Shown: positions 46,542 to 55,861, counted from the stretch's first letter. The stretch: 64,000 nucleotides of DNA from an uncultured Gammaproteobacteria bacterium (GCA_964600575.1 CAZRJH010000001.1:92651-156650); one strand, 5' to 3'. The notes: generated by a model from the sequence alone, not told the origin. Translations and numbers: made by a program.

Positions 46542-47138
46542 ATGGAGGAACATACATACAAGTTTGATCCCGATGTTGTTACCGTTGGGCTCTTTGGAAC
46601 TTGTGATACAAGCACATGGCGCGAGCCGTTTATTGCCAGATACCGCAAACTTGGGATTCGATTTTTTAATCCCCAAGTTCCTTCGGGTCAATGGCAGGAC
46701 TGGATGAAGGAGAACGAACGCGTTCACCTTTATAACGACCATGTTATCTTGTTTCCGGTTTTGGCGGAGTCTTACGGAGTTGGTTCACTTGGGGAGACGG
46801 GATTTTCCGTTCTTCAGGCTGTATCCAATTTGCATCGCGATGTTGTAGTCTTGATCGAGCAGTCGATAACACCCGAACTTGTGGAAAAAAATCCCGAAAT
46901 GGCCAAAGCCAGTATTCGCGGAAGGCGCCTTGTTGCCGAGCATCTTAAGGGTATTAGCCGCAAACAGATCACAAACGAAGATATGCCGCATCTTTATGTG
47001 GTAGAGAAAATGGACGATCTTTTGGACTTGAGTTTAACTCTCTATCATTCGCAAGTTGCGATTCACGAAGCACGCAGACTTATGAGGCACGCAAGTGAAC
47101 TTCGCATTCCCTACGAAGCCCACGTTATTGCCAAGTAG
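46542..47138 (+). CDS. nucleoside 2-deoxyribosyltransferase (NDT)-like protein; catalytic Glu context retained
   Basis: VTVGLFGTCDTS aligns with the NDT N-terminal motif (IYFGAGWF), and SYGVGSLGETGFSVLQAV aligns with NDT DVGLGMELGYALS (nucleophile Glu). Strong RBS AAGGAGG. GC is about 48%. Confidence 0.4.
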   Translation: MEEHTYKFDPDVVTVGLFGTCDTSTWREPFIARYRKLGIRFFNPQVPSGQWQDWMKENERVHLYNDHVILFPVLAESYGVGSLGETGFSVLQAVSNLHRDVVVLIEQSITPELVEKNPEMAKASIRGRRLVAEHLKGISRKQITNEDMPHLYVVEKMDDLLDLSLTLYHSQVAIHEARRLMRHASELRIPYEAHVIAK

Positions 47139-47167
47139 AAAATTATTTTAGAAGTATTTAGGGAACC

Positions 47168-47207
47168 GCCCGGTTTGGGATATTATCCTAGGCCGGGTTT
47201 TTTGTTG
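47168..47207. terminator. bidirectional rho-independent terminator (CCCGG-[GGATA-T-TATCC]-CCGGG + T6)
   Basis: Nested perfect stems followed by TTTTTT on the plus strand and an A-rich tract on the minus strand. Lies between the convergent NDT-like and metF genes. Confidence 0.6.
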
Positions 47208-48052
47208 GCGAAATCCTTTGTCCATGAATGTGTGGTTTGTAAGTCGTTAAAAGTAAATATTCTCATTGCTTGTAACGAGTTTGGGTTTGATAGTTCACCC
47301 AAAAACTTGTTGGGGTCGTAACTTCCCAGTGTGCTTGCAACAATATCCGTTGAATATTTAATTTTTCTTAGGAAATGAGCACTTTCCGTAAATCCTATTT
47401 TTGCTGCAAAGTTGGCAACTGTTAACAAGTTAACGGGGCCGGCGCTTCCCAAAACCACAGGTAAAGTTATTCCGCGTGCCCTTTCTTTTTTAAGCCATGC
47501 CTCAAAAGCTATCGGATTAAAACACATTTGTGTAACCATACGCATATTTATTCCATACTTCTGTGCAAACTCTTGTTTCTCCATAAGTGCTCTGTCTAGG
47601 ATTTCGGTAGGGATAAGTTCGAAACCTTCGGGGTATGCGGCAACTTCTACAGTGTCAAAATCAACACCAATATCTCGAATTCCTCTTAAAACCTGCATTG
47701 CCGAGTCGAATTCTCCGATAGGGGCCTTACTGTCTCCCCCTATAACTAATATATTTCTTATTTTTTTGTAGTCCAGGACTTCCACTATCTCTTCCAAATG
47801 ATCTATATCCCTAATACTCCTTGCAGGTAGATGTACCATTAACTTATGGCCAAGGTCGGCGAGGTTTAGGGCTATTTCCAGACTTACCTCGATCGGTCTT
47901 TTTGTGGAGACGGTTACTGCAACTGTGTGATTATCCATTTGGTTAGCCTCAAAAAAAGGCAAAACACGCCTGTCAGGGAATACCTCGTAGGTGGAATGCT
48001 TTACAAGATTGTCTATGATAATTTCGTTTCCCGGGTCTCGTTCTTTGTACAT
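47183..48052 (-). CDS. metF: 5,10-methylenetetrahydrofolate reductase
   Basis: Alignment by eye to MetF: VAVTVSTKRP ~ VSVTYGANSG, IRNILVIGGDSK ~ IRHIVALRGDLP, DTVEVAAYPEGFE ~ DISVAAYPEVHPE, GINMRMVTQMCFN ... RGITLPVVLGSAGP ~ GANRAITQFFFD ... AGIDVEIIPGILP. Confidence 0.7.
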   Translation of the reverse strand: MYKERDPGNEIIIDNLVKHSTYEVFPDRRVLPFFEANQMDNHTVAVTVSTKRPIEVSLEIALNLADLGHKLMVHLPARSIRDIDHLEEIVEVLDYKKIRNILVIGGDSKAPIGEFDSAMQVLRGIRDIGVDFDTVEVAAYPEGFELIPTEILDRALMEKQEFAQKYGINMRMVTQMCFNPIAFEAWLKKERARGITLPVVLGSAGPVNLLTVANFAAKIGFTESAHFLRKIKYSTDIVASTLGSYDPNKFLGELSNPNSLQAMRIFTFNDLQTTHSWTKDFANKKPGLG

Positions 48053-48098
48053 AGGGCGTATTATACCAGTATTCTATAAAACCGCATAAATTATAGGA

Positions 48099-48932
48099 CT
48101 AATTGGATGCCGTGCGAGTCTCATATGGCCCTCGAAGCCTGTTTGGCAAAAGTTCGGAGACCCTGGCCATTATATTGTTAACAGCGGTGGTATCGTTGGA
48201 CTCGAATGCAAAAAAAGGAGTCCCTATGTTAACAAATATATTTTGACGCGAACCTTGGTGCCAAAAAGCCACAGGTACGGTACTTTTACCGATTTTGGCA
48301 GCTATTCTTGCCAAAGCTCCCGACCCGGCGTGAAAGCTCTCGGGCGGTGAAATTGCTTCGTTTACTTCTACATGGCCTTCGGGGGATATGGCAACTAGGT
48401 TTCCCTGATTTAACTTCCTCATAACTTTTCTTGCGGCGATGGCTCTACCAATTTCAAAATCTTTTCGGGTGGTTACCGTTGGGGCAGAGATAATGTTGTT
48501 CGGGTAAAGTTTATGTAAACGACTTAAAAGACTTTGCGAACCCGGGAAAGAAGTTTTGTCGTTAAGTTTGGCGGAGAGCATAACTTCGGATGCCATAACA
48601 ATAGAAACATCTTTACTTTGCACCTTTCTTACTTCTGCAATAAGCTTAAGCATCCCGGGAAGTAAAATGTCGTTATTCGGGTGATTAAAAGCTATTAGTC
48701 CGCCTTCGGGAATGTTTTCTAACCCCGATAGATTTACATTTACGCTTTTTGAATATTCATCAGAAAGTCTTAGGGCGTCATCTCCTAGATTTCTAAAATT
48801 AGTTCCTTTGATCATGTCACCTACAATTTCCACAGCTAATCCGCTATTGAAAAATTTAGCGGTTATTCCAGGGATTAATTTTAGTTCGGGAGAAAGCGGC
48901 ATGATTTTGTTTAGTGTTGTAAACGCAGACAA
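48099..48932 (-). CDS. putative lysophospholipid acyltransferase (PlsC-like)
   Basis: LIAFNHPNNDIL (HxxxD-like block I) and VAISPEGHV (PEG block III). The spacing in block I is atypical, so confidence is moderate-low. Confidence 0.4.
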   Translation of the reverse strand: MSAFTTLNKIMPLSPELKLIPGITAKFFNSGLAVEIVGDMIKGTNFRNLGDDALRLSDEYSKSVNVNLSGLENIPEGGLIAFNHPNNDILLPGMLKLIAEVRKVQSKDVSIVMASEVMLSAKLNDKTSFPGSQSLLSRLHKLYPNNIISAPTVTTRKDFEIGRAIAARKVMRKLNQGNLVAISPEGHVEVNEAISPPESFHAGSGALARIAAKIGKSTVPVAFWHQGSRQNIFVNIGTPFFAFESNDTTAVNNIMARVSELLPNRLRGPYETRTASN

Positions 48933-48967
48933 GAGGAGTATATACTAAACTAATCGCTTTTTAGAAT

Positions 48968-49762
48968 ATGCCCACAGACAAAAATAAAGAAAGAAAAAGA
49001 ATGGTAGTCGAAGAAGTTGGTGGTCCGCCACCGGCGGAAGAAACCGCACCTCAAGAAGTTGTTGCAGGTGCCCAGACTCCTGAAGTTCAAGAAATTGGAA
49101 ACCCCGAAGCACTGGAGGAAGTAAAAGAAAAAGTAGAAGAACTACAGACAATTACCGAAGACATTGCAGAGTCCGTTGATAAATCCGTAGAAGTCCAAGA
49201 AGAAATAGTAGAAGCCGCAGAAAAAGTTGTTGGTCCTGTTTCTCCCGGACCCTCTGTTGCGCCACCCCCGCAACCAATGATGCAAACCAGAATGCCGAGT
49301 CCTATGATAATTCTTATTCCCGGAGTTTTAATTTTGGGAGCAATTCTTGGCGGAGTATATTTCTACCAAAAAAATGTAACGACAGCAGAAGTATTGCAAA
49401 CTCCGACTCCTGTTGCAGAAGCAACCGTAGAACCAGTTGCATCTCCTTCGGCATCTCCCTCGGGTAAGCTTGATTTGGCAAAATACACAATAATGGTCCA
49501 AAACGGAGTAGGAATTCCGGGAGTTGCCGGTACTGCAAAAGATATTCTCACGAAGGCAGGATTTAAAGTTTCCTCAACAGGGAATGCGGAAAATTATGAA
49601 TATACGGATACGGTTATAGAAGCAAAGTCCACAGTGCCTGCAGAGTATGTTACAAAATTAACAACATCTCTTTCCGGTAAATATAAAGTTGCTTCTCCTA
49701 AGGTTTTAAGTTCTTCGGCCAAAACCGATGTTGTAGTGATAATTGGAAGCACAACTCCTTAA
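48968..49762 (+). CDS. membrane protein with acidic N-terminal region, single TM and C-terminal LytR_C-like domain
   Basis: TM helix IILIPGVLILGAILGGVYFY. The C-terminal KYTIMVQNGVGIPGVAGTAKDILTKAGFKV ... VVVIIG fits the LytR_C (LCP C-terminal) pattern. Confidence 0.5.
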   Translation: MPTDKNKERKRMVVEEVGGPPPAEETAPQEVVAGAQTPEVQEIGNPEALEEVKEKVEELQTITEDIAESVDKSVEVQEEIVEAAEKVVGPVSPGPSVAPPPQPMMQTRMPSPMIILIPGVLILGAILGGVYFYQKNVTTAEVLQTPTPVAEATVEPVASPSASPSGKLDLAKYTIMVQNGVGIPGVAGTAKDILTKAGFKVSSTGNAENYEYTDTVIEAKSTVPAEYVTKLTTSLSGKYKVASPKVLSSSAKTDVVVIIGSTTP

Positions 49763-49826
49763 ATATATTCAATATATCGAATATCTTAGTTTGACTTAAT
49801 TCTTTCTATTCATTAATCTCTAGTCA

Positions 49827-50921
49827 ATGAGTGTTGAGTCGGAAAAAATACGCCCAAGGGGAACGGATGTAATGCTTCCACACGGCGGACTCCCGGAAGT
49901 AATTCCTCCTTATTTGGTTAAATTAATAGAAGAAACAGGTGGTGTCAAAGGGCCATTGGGTTTGCAGTTTGTAGCACAACCCGATTTGGAAGCAGACGAG
50001 TTTACGGGAGAAGCTACGGATTCTCTAATGGAAGATTTGCACGAAATAAAAGATGCTCCGGGTGTTGTTTATAAATACAAAGCCAGATACGACGAAAACG
50101 GCAACCTTCATCCAGGGCGTGCGCTTTGGACAATAACCAGAAATTGCGCAGCTTATTGCCGCTTTTGTACCAGAGGTAGGGAAGTTGGTATCCCGGCAGG
50201 ACTCGAAGGTGCCAGAACGGGGGCACTTTCCCATACACCGCATTTATCGGACGAACAAATATTTAAGTCGCTCGAATTTATCAAGAATGAACCGGGCTTA
50301 AACGAAATAATTTTATCGGGGGGAGACCCGTTAACCGTTAAACCCGATAAATTAAAAACGGTTTTGGGAGAATTAAGAAAAATCCAGGATATAGGAAAGC
50401 TTGATATCGTTAGGATTGGTACAAGAGTACCTATTCACAATCCTATTGCGGTTAAAGAAGCACATTACGAAGCAATTAAACAATTAAATAAACCTTATAT
50501 GATGATTCACATAAACCACCCTGCAGAGCTAACACCCGAAGCTTTGTATGTTTTGGATAGGTTTAGAAGAGATTGTGATGCAACAGTAATGAGCCAGACA
50601 GTACTTTTGAAAGGAGTAAACGATAATGTGGAAACTTTGTCCGCACTTTTTAACAAGATGGCAAGGGAGGGCATCCGGCCGTATTATGTGTATCAAAATG
50701 ATCCCGTTTATTGGGCAACACACTTAACAGTGCCAATGGAAGAAACAATTAAGCTTGTTTCAACATTAAGGCCGCTTTTGTCGGGTGTTGCCGCAACTGT
50801 AAGATTTGTAATCGATGCCCCCGGTGCGTACGGCAAGATTGCATTACCGGAAGGCGGGGCCTGGGACGTGAATTATAATTCGGGTTTTGTAGATTTTAAT
50901 GGAGACAAACGAAATCTTTGA
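49827..50921 (+). CDS. KamA-family radical SAM protein (lysine 2,3-aminomutase/EpmB-like)
   Basis: TRNCAAYCRFCTRG carries the CX3CX2C cluster in the KamA-family context. 364 aa. Confidence 0.75.
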   Translation: MSVESEKIRPRGTDVMLPHGGLPEVIPPYLVKLIEETGGVKGPLGLQFVAQPDLEADEFTGEATDSLMEDLHEIKDAPGVVYKYKARYDENGNLHPGRALWTITRNCAAYCRFCTRGREVGIPAGLEGARTGALSHTPHLSDEQIFKSLEFIKNEPGLNEIILSGGDPLTVKPDKLKTVLGELRKIQDIGKLDIVRIGTRVPIHNPIAVKEAHYEAIKQLNKPYMMIHINHPAELTPEALYVLDRFRRDCDATVMSQTVLLKGVNDNVETLSALFNKMAREGIRPYYVYQNDPVYWATHLTVPMEETIKLVSTLRPLLSGVAATVRFVIDAPGAYGKIALPEGGAWDVNYNSGFVDFNGDKRNL

Positions 50922-50933
50922 ATGAATTTCTAG

Positions 50934-51398
50934 CTACTTTTTTTGATTAGGGTCAACTCCCCATGTTCGCACAATAAAATTAAGCCACCTGATTCCATAT
51001 TCGTTTTTCTTGATTCTTAAAAAACTTGCAGCCATGGGAATATTGTCGTTAACCGATTCCATTACCCGTTTTATACTGGAGTTATTAAAGCTAACATCGG
51101 GGTCCCCAACGAGTTTAGCTTTTAAAAACATAGCCTCGGCCTCTGTCAGGTTACCTGTTTTTTCCAAAGATTGAGCTTTGGATTCAACCTTGTTAACGGC
51201 GAGTAGACAACTTGTCATTTCTAATATTCCGTCCTCGTTTAAGCCATTAAAACAAAAATCGGGATATTTGTTTTTTATTTTTTCTCTGGCTTGCGCCCCC
51301 GAAATCAAAATTTCCCCCTTAAGACTAAAGTCTTGATCGGACAGGACCTGGTCCAACTGCAAATCCTGAATTTTTTGAATTTCTCCAGATATTTCCAT
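50934..51398 (-). CDS. hypothetical protein
   Basis: 154-aa ORF. No motif recognised. Confidence 0.45.
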   Translation of the reverse strand: MEISGEIQKIQDLQLDQVLSDQDFSLKGEILISGAQAREKIKNKYPDFCFNGLNEDGILEMTSCLLAVNKVESKAQSLEKTGNLTEAEAMFLKAKLVGDPDVSFNNSSIKRVMESVNDNIPMAASFLRIKKNEYGIRWLNFIVRTWGVDPNQKK

Positions 51399-51405
51399 TT
51401 ATAAG

Positions 51406-51798
51406 TTATCGTTCATGTTTGCCGGGTTTGTCAAAATGAAGGCTGTCTAATACTGGTACAAAACTTTCAAATTCACTCTCAATTTCTTGTTCTTCCCTTC
51501 TTAATTCGTCTTTTTTGAATTTTTCACTGGCCCACAAAACATCTACTCCTCCAACTGTTTCGCTTTCCAAAAAATTTAAATATGCTTTTTCCGTTTTAAA
51601 AACCGCATAATCAAAAACATTTATTTTTGCTTCTGGGTCGTATAGGTCCGCACCTGGAATGTCGTATTTTGTTCTATTTTGGTAGCGTACTAAAACGTAG
51701 CCCGCCGAACCTTCTTTTGTTTTTCCGTTGCCTGCAATTAACTTTTGTGCCAAATTTTTATTTATTGTAGCCATGGCTGATTTTCTTAACTTTTGCAT
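51406..51798 (-). CDS. hypothetical protein
   Basis: 130-aa ORF 7 nt upstream of the previous gene. No motif recognised. Confidence 0.45.
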   Translation of the reverse strand: MQKLRKSAMATINKNLAQKLIAGNGKTKEGSAGYVLVRYQNRTKYDIPGADLYDPEAKINVFDYAVFKTEKAYLNFLESETVGGVDVLWASEKFKKDELRREEQEIESEFESFVPVLDSLHFDKPGKHER

Positions 51799-51837
51799 TA
51801 ATTGTCAACATATTCCTAATTTTGCTAGAATGTTCTT

Positions 51838-52464
51838 ATGAAGTACATTCTTGCGATAGTGATAACGGCTATACTTGTTTTTCTTGGTGCAACTTTTTAT
51901 TACAAAGGGTTTTTCTCTATCACACCTTCGTCTAAACCAACCGAAACACCCGTTGCAACTGCTACACCGGAAACGCAAGCAGCTTCTACTCCTGTTGCGA
52001 TTAATACACCGGGCAGCGGCCCAACAGAAATAACGGCGGGGGGAATACTGGTTTTCAAAAAATACTCTTTAGTTCTCCCTACGGGTTGGGAAAGCAAAAA
52101 AGAATACTCGCCCGATCCTAATGTTCAAATTGATAGATTGATATTAAGCAAATCCGGTTACAAAGTAACAATTTATCAAGCTCCTACAGGAGGAGCCATC
52201 TGTTTGTATCCCGGTATGCCCAAAGTTGACGGCCCTACTAGTAATTACGATTCTTATGTAGATATAACTACAAAAAGCGGCGAAAAGCTTAGAAAGAGTA
52301 CAAGCGGAGTTAATACAAATTCCACTGTTTGTGAATTCCAATCCGAAAACTGGGGAGCCCCAACTAGTTTTGGACATATTTCTATTGAAGTTCCCGGTAA
52401 CGGCGGAACCGCACAAATGGTTCAGGAAATTGACTCAATTTTGATGTCACTTAAAAAGGCTTAA
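51838..52464 (+). CDS. secreted/membrane-anchored hypothetical protein with Thr/Pro-rich linker
   Basis: N-terminal signal/anchor helix ILAIVITAILVFLGATFYY. 208 aa. Confidence 0.5.
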   Translation: MKYILAIVITAILVFLGATFYYKGFFSITPSSKPTETPVATATPETQAASTPVAINTPGSGPTEITAGGILVFKKYSLVLPTGWESKKEYSPDPNVQIDRLILSKSGYKVTIYQAPTGGAICLYPGMPKVDGPTSNYDSYVDITTKSGEKLRKSTSGVNTNSTVCEFQSENWGAPTSFGHISIEVPGNGGTAQMVQEIDSILMSLKKA

Positions 52465-52688
52465 TGTCCAAAAAGAAAGTTTGGTTTAAGGAGAAAGGTT
52501 GGTTTTATATCCCCAAAGCGTGGCAAGGTTATATGACTGTTGTTTTGGTTTTTGCTTACTGTGCAAGTGTTGTAACGGCAATTGACAGGCAAGCTGGTTC
52601 ATTAAGTGATTTTCTTTATGGAATTTTTCCTTATGTTGTACCTGCACTGGGAATCTATCTATGGGTGGGGAGTAAAACCTCAAAGTAG
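52464..52688 (+). CDS. small two-TM membrane protein
   Basis: 74-aa ORF whose start overlaps the stop of the previous gene. Two hydrophobic helices. Confidence 0.4.
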   Translation: MSKKKVWFKEKGWFYIPKAWQGYMTVVLVFAYCASVVTAIDRQAGSLSDFLYGIFPYVVPALGIYLWVGSKTSK

Positions 52689-54395
52689 CTAACTAAAAAT
52701 CGAGCCTCTGCCTTTATTGTAGCGAGCTCCTTTGGCTCCGTCATAGATTGGTGAAATTTCGTTTTTTCCGCCTACCTTTTTATATTTAAAATCAATAATC
52801 GAAGTTGAAACTCTTGGCCCATATACCACCCTCCTTAATATACCCGATGCCTGAGAAGCAATTCCAAACCATTTTCCTGTATCACAGGAATTAAGCATTA
52901 TTATTGCATCGTCGGTAAAGGCTAAAGATATAGACTCAAAGCCCTTCCTGCTGACATCATTGGAAGTCAAAGAGTCGGTGTCATCGTAACTAAGCTGGAT
53001 GCTGTCGGTGGTGCCATGTCCCGAAATTATTCCAAATTTTAGTTTGCCGTACTTATGGCGCCCTTGATTAATTAGATGCAACAAGTCTCTTTTGCTGCCA
53101 ACTTCCATAATTCTTAACTTTGAATTACCTAAATTTCCTGCCATTTTCTCTAGCATTGGCCCGTCTGAATATGCAGAAAAGTTGTGGTCAGGATATGCAT
53201 TAACATATATACCCCATTCAGCTTTTTCATCTCTTTGATCATACTGTCTAATCAGGGTTTTTGTTTCGTATCGGCCAAAAAATACTATGCCAAAGTTGTT
53301 ATTTAAGTAACGAACTGCACCAGGCCGAGAAGCCTCGATTCGGATTAAGTTGGTAAGGTTATCCGCAGAAACAATTTGCAATCTGTCTTGCGTTTCCATA
53401 TTCTGGGCAAAGGCATCATTCTGTGTCTTTTTAACTTCAAGATTTTTAACAATATCGTAGTTCCAATGACTAACAAATGATACGGGGTCGAGACCTTTGG
53501 ACTTTAAATAAGTTTGGACAATATCATTCTTAAAGTCTAAAAATATTTTGTTTTTCAATGGTGGGTTGTCCATGAGCCAATTTGCGATATTTTCTATTAT
53601 TTTTTGTGGTGCATGATCTTTGTTGTTGATTACATCTAAAATACTTTCTTTCAACTTTGCTTTTGACTCGGGTGATCCGTTTGCAATTACAGCCTCGTAG
53701 ATCCACCTTTGATGCATAGAATCTTGTCCTAATGCCGGACGGGAATTTACTGTTATTGCATACAAACCTAAAGCGTCCGCACATCTCTGTTTTGTTTGTT
53801 GTTTGAGTCCTTTTTCATACTCATTTACAAGAAATGATGCCAGATTGTTCGGCACCAAATTTGAATTATTTAGTTTTCCTTGGTAGGTTTTTTCAGCGCT
53901 AATAATGGTTGTTTCCAACCTTTCGGCAAATCTTGGTAGATGTGACTCAAGTATCGATTGGATAAGTGTATTTTCCTGATTAGACTGTTCTTGGGTATAC
54001 GAATAAGTGGGTGTTTTTGCTCGCAGTAAACTAAAAAGCATTGTAGCTTCTTGGACAGTTTCATTAGAATCAATAGCGTTGGCTACCACGCTCTCACTCA
54101 TTTGAATTTTTTTGAGTAGAGTTATTCTTTCTTCTGGAGTAACAAAATCGACCCCGGTAAAAGATTGAAACGACAAAGCTCTCTCCGCAGCTCTAACTTC
54201 TTCCCATGTCGAGAAACTGCGTTCTGGATCATTTAAGATTTGCGGAATCATATCCGCTGCAGCTTTATTGTCGCTATCCATTTTTTGGTAGGCAATATCT
54301 CTGAGACTTTTTTTGAGCACCAGATGATCAACAATTACCCGCGCTTTTTCTCTTATACCTTTTCCTTGCATAAATTCTCCAAAATTCTCCGCCAT
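52689..54395 (-). CDS. caspase-like (CHAT/peptidase C14-type) protease with roughly 340-aa N-terminal alpha-helical domain
   Basis: C-terminal domain carries the caspase-fold His-Cys dyad in canonical order and spacing: KFGIISGHGTTDS (His) and 45 residues later AIIMLNSCDTGKW (Cys). No signal peptide. 568 aa. Confidence 0.5.
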   Translation of the reverse strand: MAENFGEFMQGKGIREKARVIVDHLVLKKSLRDIAYQKMDSDNKAAADMIPQILNDPERSFSTWEEVRAAERALSFQSFTGVDFVTPEERITLLKKIQMSESVVANAIDSNETVQEATMLFSLLRAKTPTYSYTQEQSNQENTLIQSILESHLPRFAERLETTIISAEKTYQGKLNNSNLVPNNLASFLVNEYEKGLKQQTKQRCADALGLYAITVNSRPALGQDSMHQRWIYEAVIANGSPESKAKLKESILDVINNKDHAPQKIIENIANWLMDNPPLKNKIFLDFKNDIVQTYLKSKGLDPVSFVSHWNYDIVKNLEVKKTQNDAFAQNMETQDRLQIVSADNLTNLIRIEASRPGAVRYLNNNFGIVFFGRYETKTLIRQYDQRDEKAEWGIYVNAYPDHNFSAYSDGPMLEKMAGNLGNSKLRIMEVGSKRDLLHLINQGRHKYGKLKFGIISGHGTTDSIQLSYDDTDSLTSNDVSRKGFESISLAFTDDAIIMLNSCDTGKWFGIASQASGILRRVVYGPRVSTSIIDFKYKKVGGKNEISPIYDGAKGARYNKGRGSIFS

Positions 54396-54402
54396 GATTA
54401 AA

Positions 54403-55107
54403 TTATATAGTTTTGAAGAAGTCCAAGTTTTGATCTTTTATGGAAAGCCTAAACTTATTATTTTGAAGTTTGGTTATTCTTGTTTCAAAGACATCCATCC
54501 ATGGTCCAATCTCGTTAAAGTCTTTTGGATCTATTGATACTATCGGGAATACGCCTCTTGCCGGGCCTCTAAGCAGTAGCCAGCGAAGATTCTGCCTTGC
54601 GTCAAAATCCAAATCCATTGCCTTCTTTAAATCCTCTAAAAATATATAAATATTTTGTCTTGATTTGTTGGAATGCGCCCAGCTGGCAAGCGACAATATA
54701 AAATCCTCCGAGGCATTCTCGGCATATATAAAAGTACGAATAAAGTTACTCGACTTGTAGTTCGGCCATTTATTCTTGTCAGGGGTAAGTATTCCGTATC
54801 TAACTTCGTCTGGTTCCTGTGTTGATTCAATTCCTTGAATTATGGATTTTACAAGGTCTCTATCATCTTCTTTGTTGCCTGTAGAAATCATAATTGGCCC
54901 AAGCCGATTTTCTACTATATCAACCGTTACAGGGCCATACTCGCTATCTGCACCCAAAAATATTGCTGTGGGGTTCATTTGTGCAATTTGGTCAATAATG
55001 TCGGCGGATCTTGAATACCGGGTATGCTCAGCTCTTGTTTGTTGGGGAGCCTCGGCTTTAACTTCTTCGTATATTTTCATCCACTCATCAAATTCTTCTT
55101 TATTCAT
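54403..55107 (-). CDS. hypothetical acidic protein, operon partner of the caspase-like protease
   Basis: 234-aa ORF. Its stop is 8 nt before the protease start. No motif recognised. Confidence 0.5.
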   Translation of the reverse strand: MNKEEFDEWMKIYEEVKAEAPQQTRAEHTRYSRSADIIDQIAQMNPTAIFLGADSEYGPVTVDIVENRLGPIMISTGNKEDDRDLVKSIIQGIESTQEPDEVRYGILTPDKNKWPNYKSSNFIRTFIYAENASEDFILSLASWAHSNKSRQNIYIFLEDLKKAMDLDFDARQNLRWLLLRGPARGVFPIVSIDPKDFNEIGPWMDVFETRITKLQNNKFRLSIKDQNLDFFKTI

Positions 55108-55211
55108 AGTTATAGGTTGCGATTATATCCTAAATTTGTTTGAGAGTGAATTTTGGCCCGAATATCGGCAGATTAACTAGAAAAAGATGGAGAGAGACAA
55201 GAAGAGAAGAG

Positions 55212-55790
55212 TTATAGTGGATTTTTTTGCATCTCTTCTTGAATAATATCTCTTATAACTTGCGATTTGTTTTTACCTTCATTGGAAGCCCTCTTTGTTA
55301 TGTAGTTATGGATGGGGATATTTAGAAAGAAGTTGAATTTAATGCGTTCCGAAATTGCATTTTTTACGAATTTCTTTAGGATTTGCTTAATATCCACTTC
55401 TGTCGTGTATTTTTCGATAGTCAAAAGGCCCAAGTGATCATCTGTTAAAACTACGGAAATAGATCTTTCGTTGTCCGAGTTTACAAGAACTAAAACGGGT
55501 ATTTTTTTGCGTATAGCGTAGCTAACTTGATAGCCCACTGTTACCGACTCGGTTGTTACATCTGCTATTAAAATGTCTGCCTGGTCGATTAGTGACATTT
55601 GCAGATCGTAAACGCTAATCTCTCCCTTTTGAATCCTTTCGTAGTTGTGTTTCCTTACGCTGTTATTGGCGGGGAAATGAACGTAGTTAAGGGCTTTGTA
55701 GCCTAATGTCTCCATAAACTCGTTAATCATCTTATAACGAGCCCCGTCTGCTTGGATTCTTCTGGTAGAACCGGTGAAATAATACTTCAT
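55212..55790 (-). CDS. NDT-like domain (catalytic Glu replaced by Gln) fused to a C-terminal ribbon-helix-helix-like tail; putative ligand-sensing transcriptional regulator
   Basis: KYYFTGS and ESVTVGYQVSYAIRKKIPVLVLV align with the NDT motifs (IYFGAGW; DVGLGMELGYALSQGKYVLLV), with Gln at the nucleophile position. The C-terminal FFLNIPIHNYITKRASNEGKNKSQVIRDIIQEEM has a beta-strand-helix-helix RHH pattern. Start taken at the MKYYF Met. The ORF opens at 55826, and the first 12 codons overlap -10-like sequences. Confidence 0.4.
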   Translation of the reverse strand: MKYYFTGSTRRIQADGARYKMINEFMETLGYKALNYVHFPANNSVRKHNYERIQKGEISVYDLQMSLIDQADILIADVTTESVTVGYQVSYAIRKKIPVLVLVNSDNERSISVVLTDDHLGLLTIEKYTTEVDIKQILKKFVKNAISERIKFNFFLNIPIHNYITKRASNEGKNKSQVIRDIIQEEMQKNPL

Positions 55791-55834
55791 ATTGACTTTA
55801 CAGATTATAGGAGTATTATAACACATTTATAGAC

Positions 55835-55858
55835 ATACTCATTGATGAGTATATAAAT
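55835..55858. promoter_or_regulatory. perfect 8-bp palindrome ATACTCAT-TG-ATGAGTAT overlapping a TATATAAAT -10 element 4 nt upstream of the cluster's first ATG; candidate RHH operator
   Basis: Arms are exact reverse complements (55835-55842 and 55845-55852). Sits in the 71-nt divergent region between the NDT-RHH gene and the 7-gene cluster. Confidence 0.45.
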
Positions 55859-55861
55859 CTC

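Noticed and set aside
54403-55107. 234-aa protease partner as a bacterial gasdermin
   Set aside because: It was considered because of its size and its position upstream of a caspase-like protease. The sequence is acidic and predicted helical at the N-terminus, with no N-terminal Cys or beta-rich pattern. The hypothesis is not supported from sequence alone.
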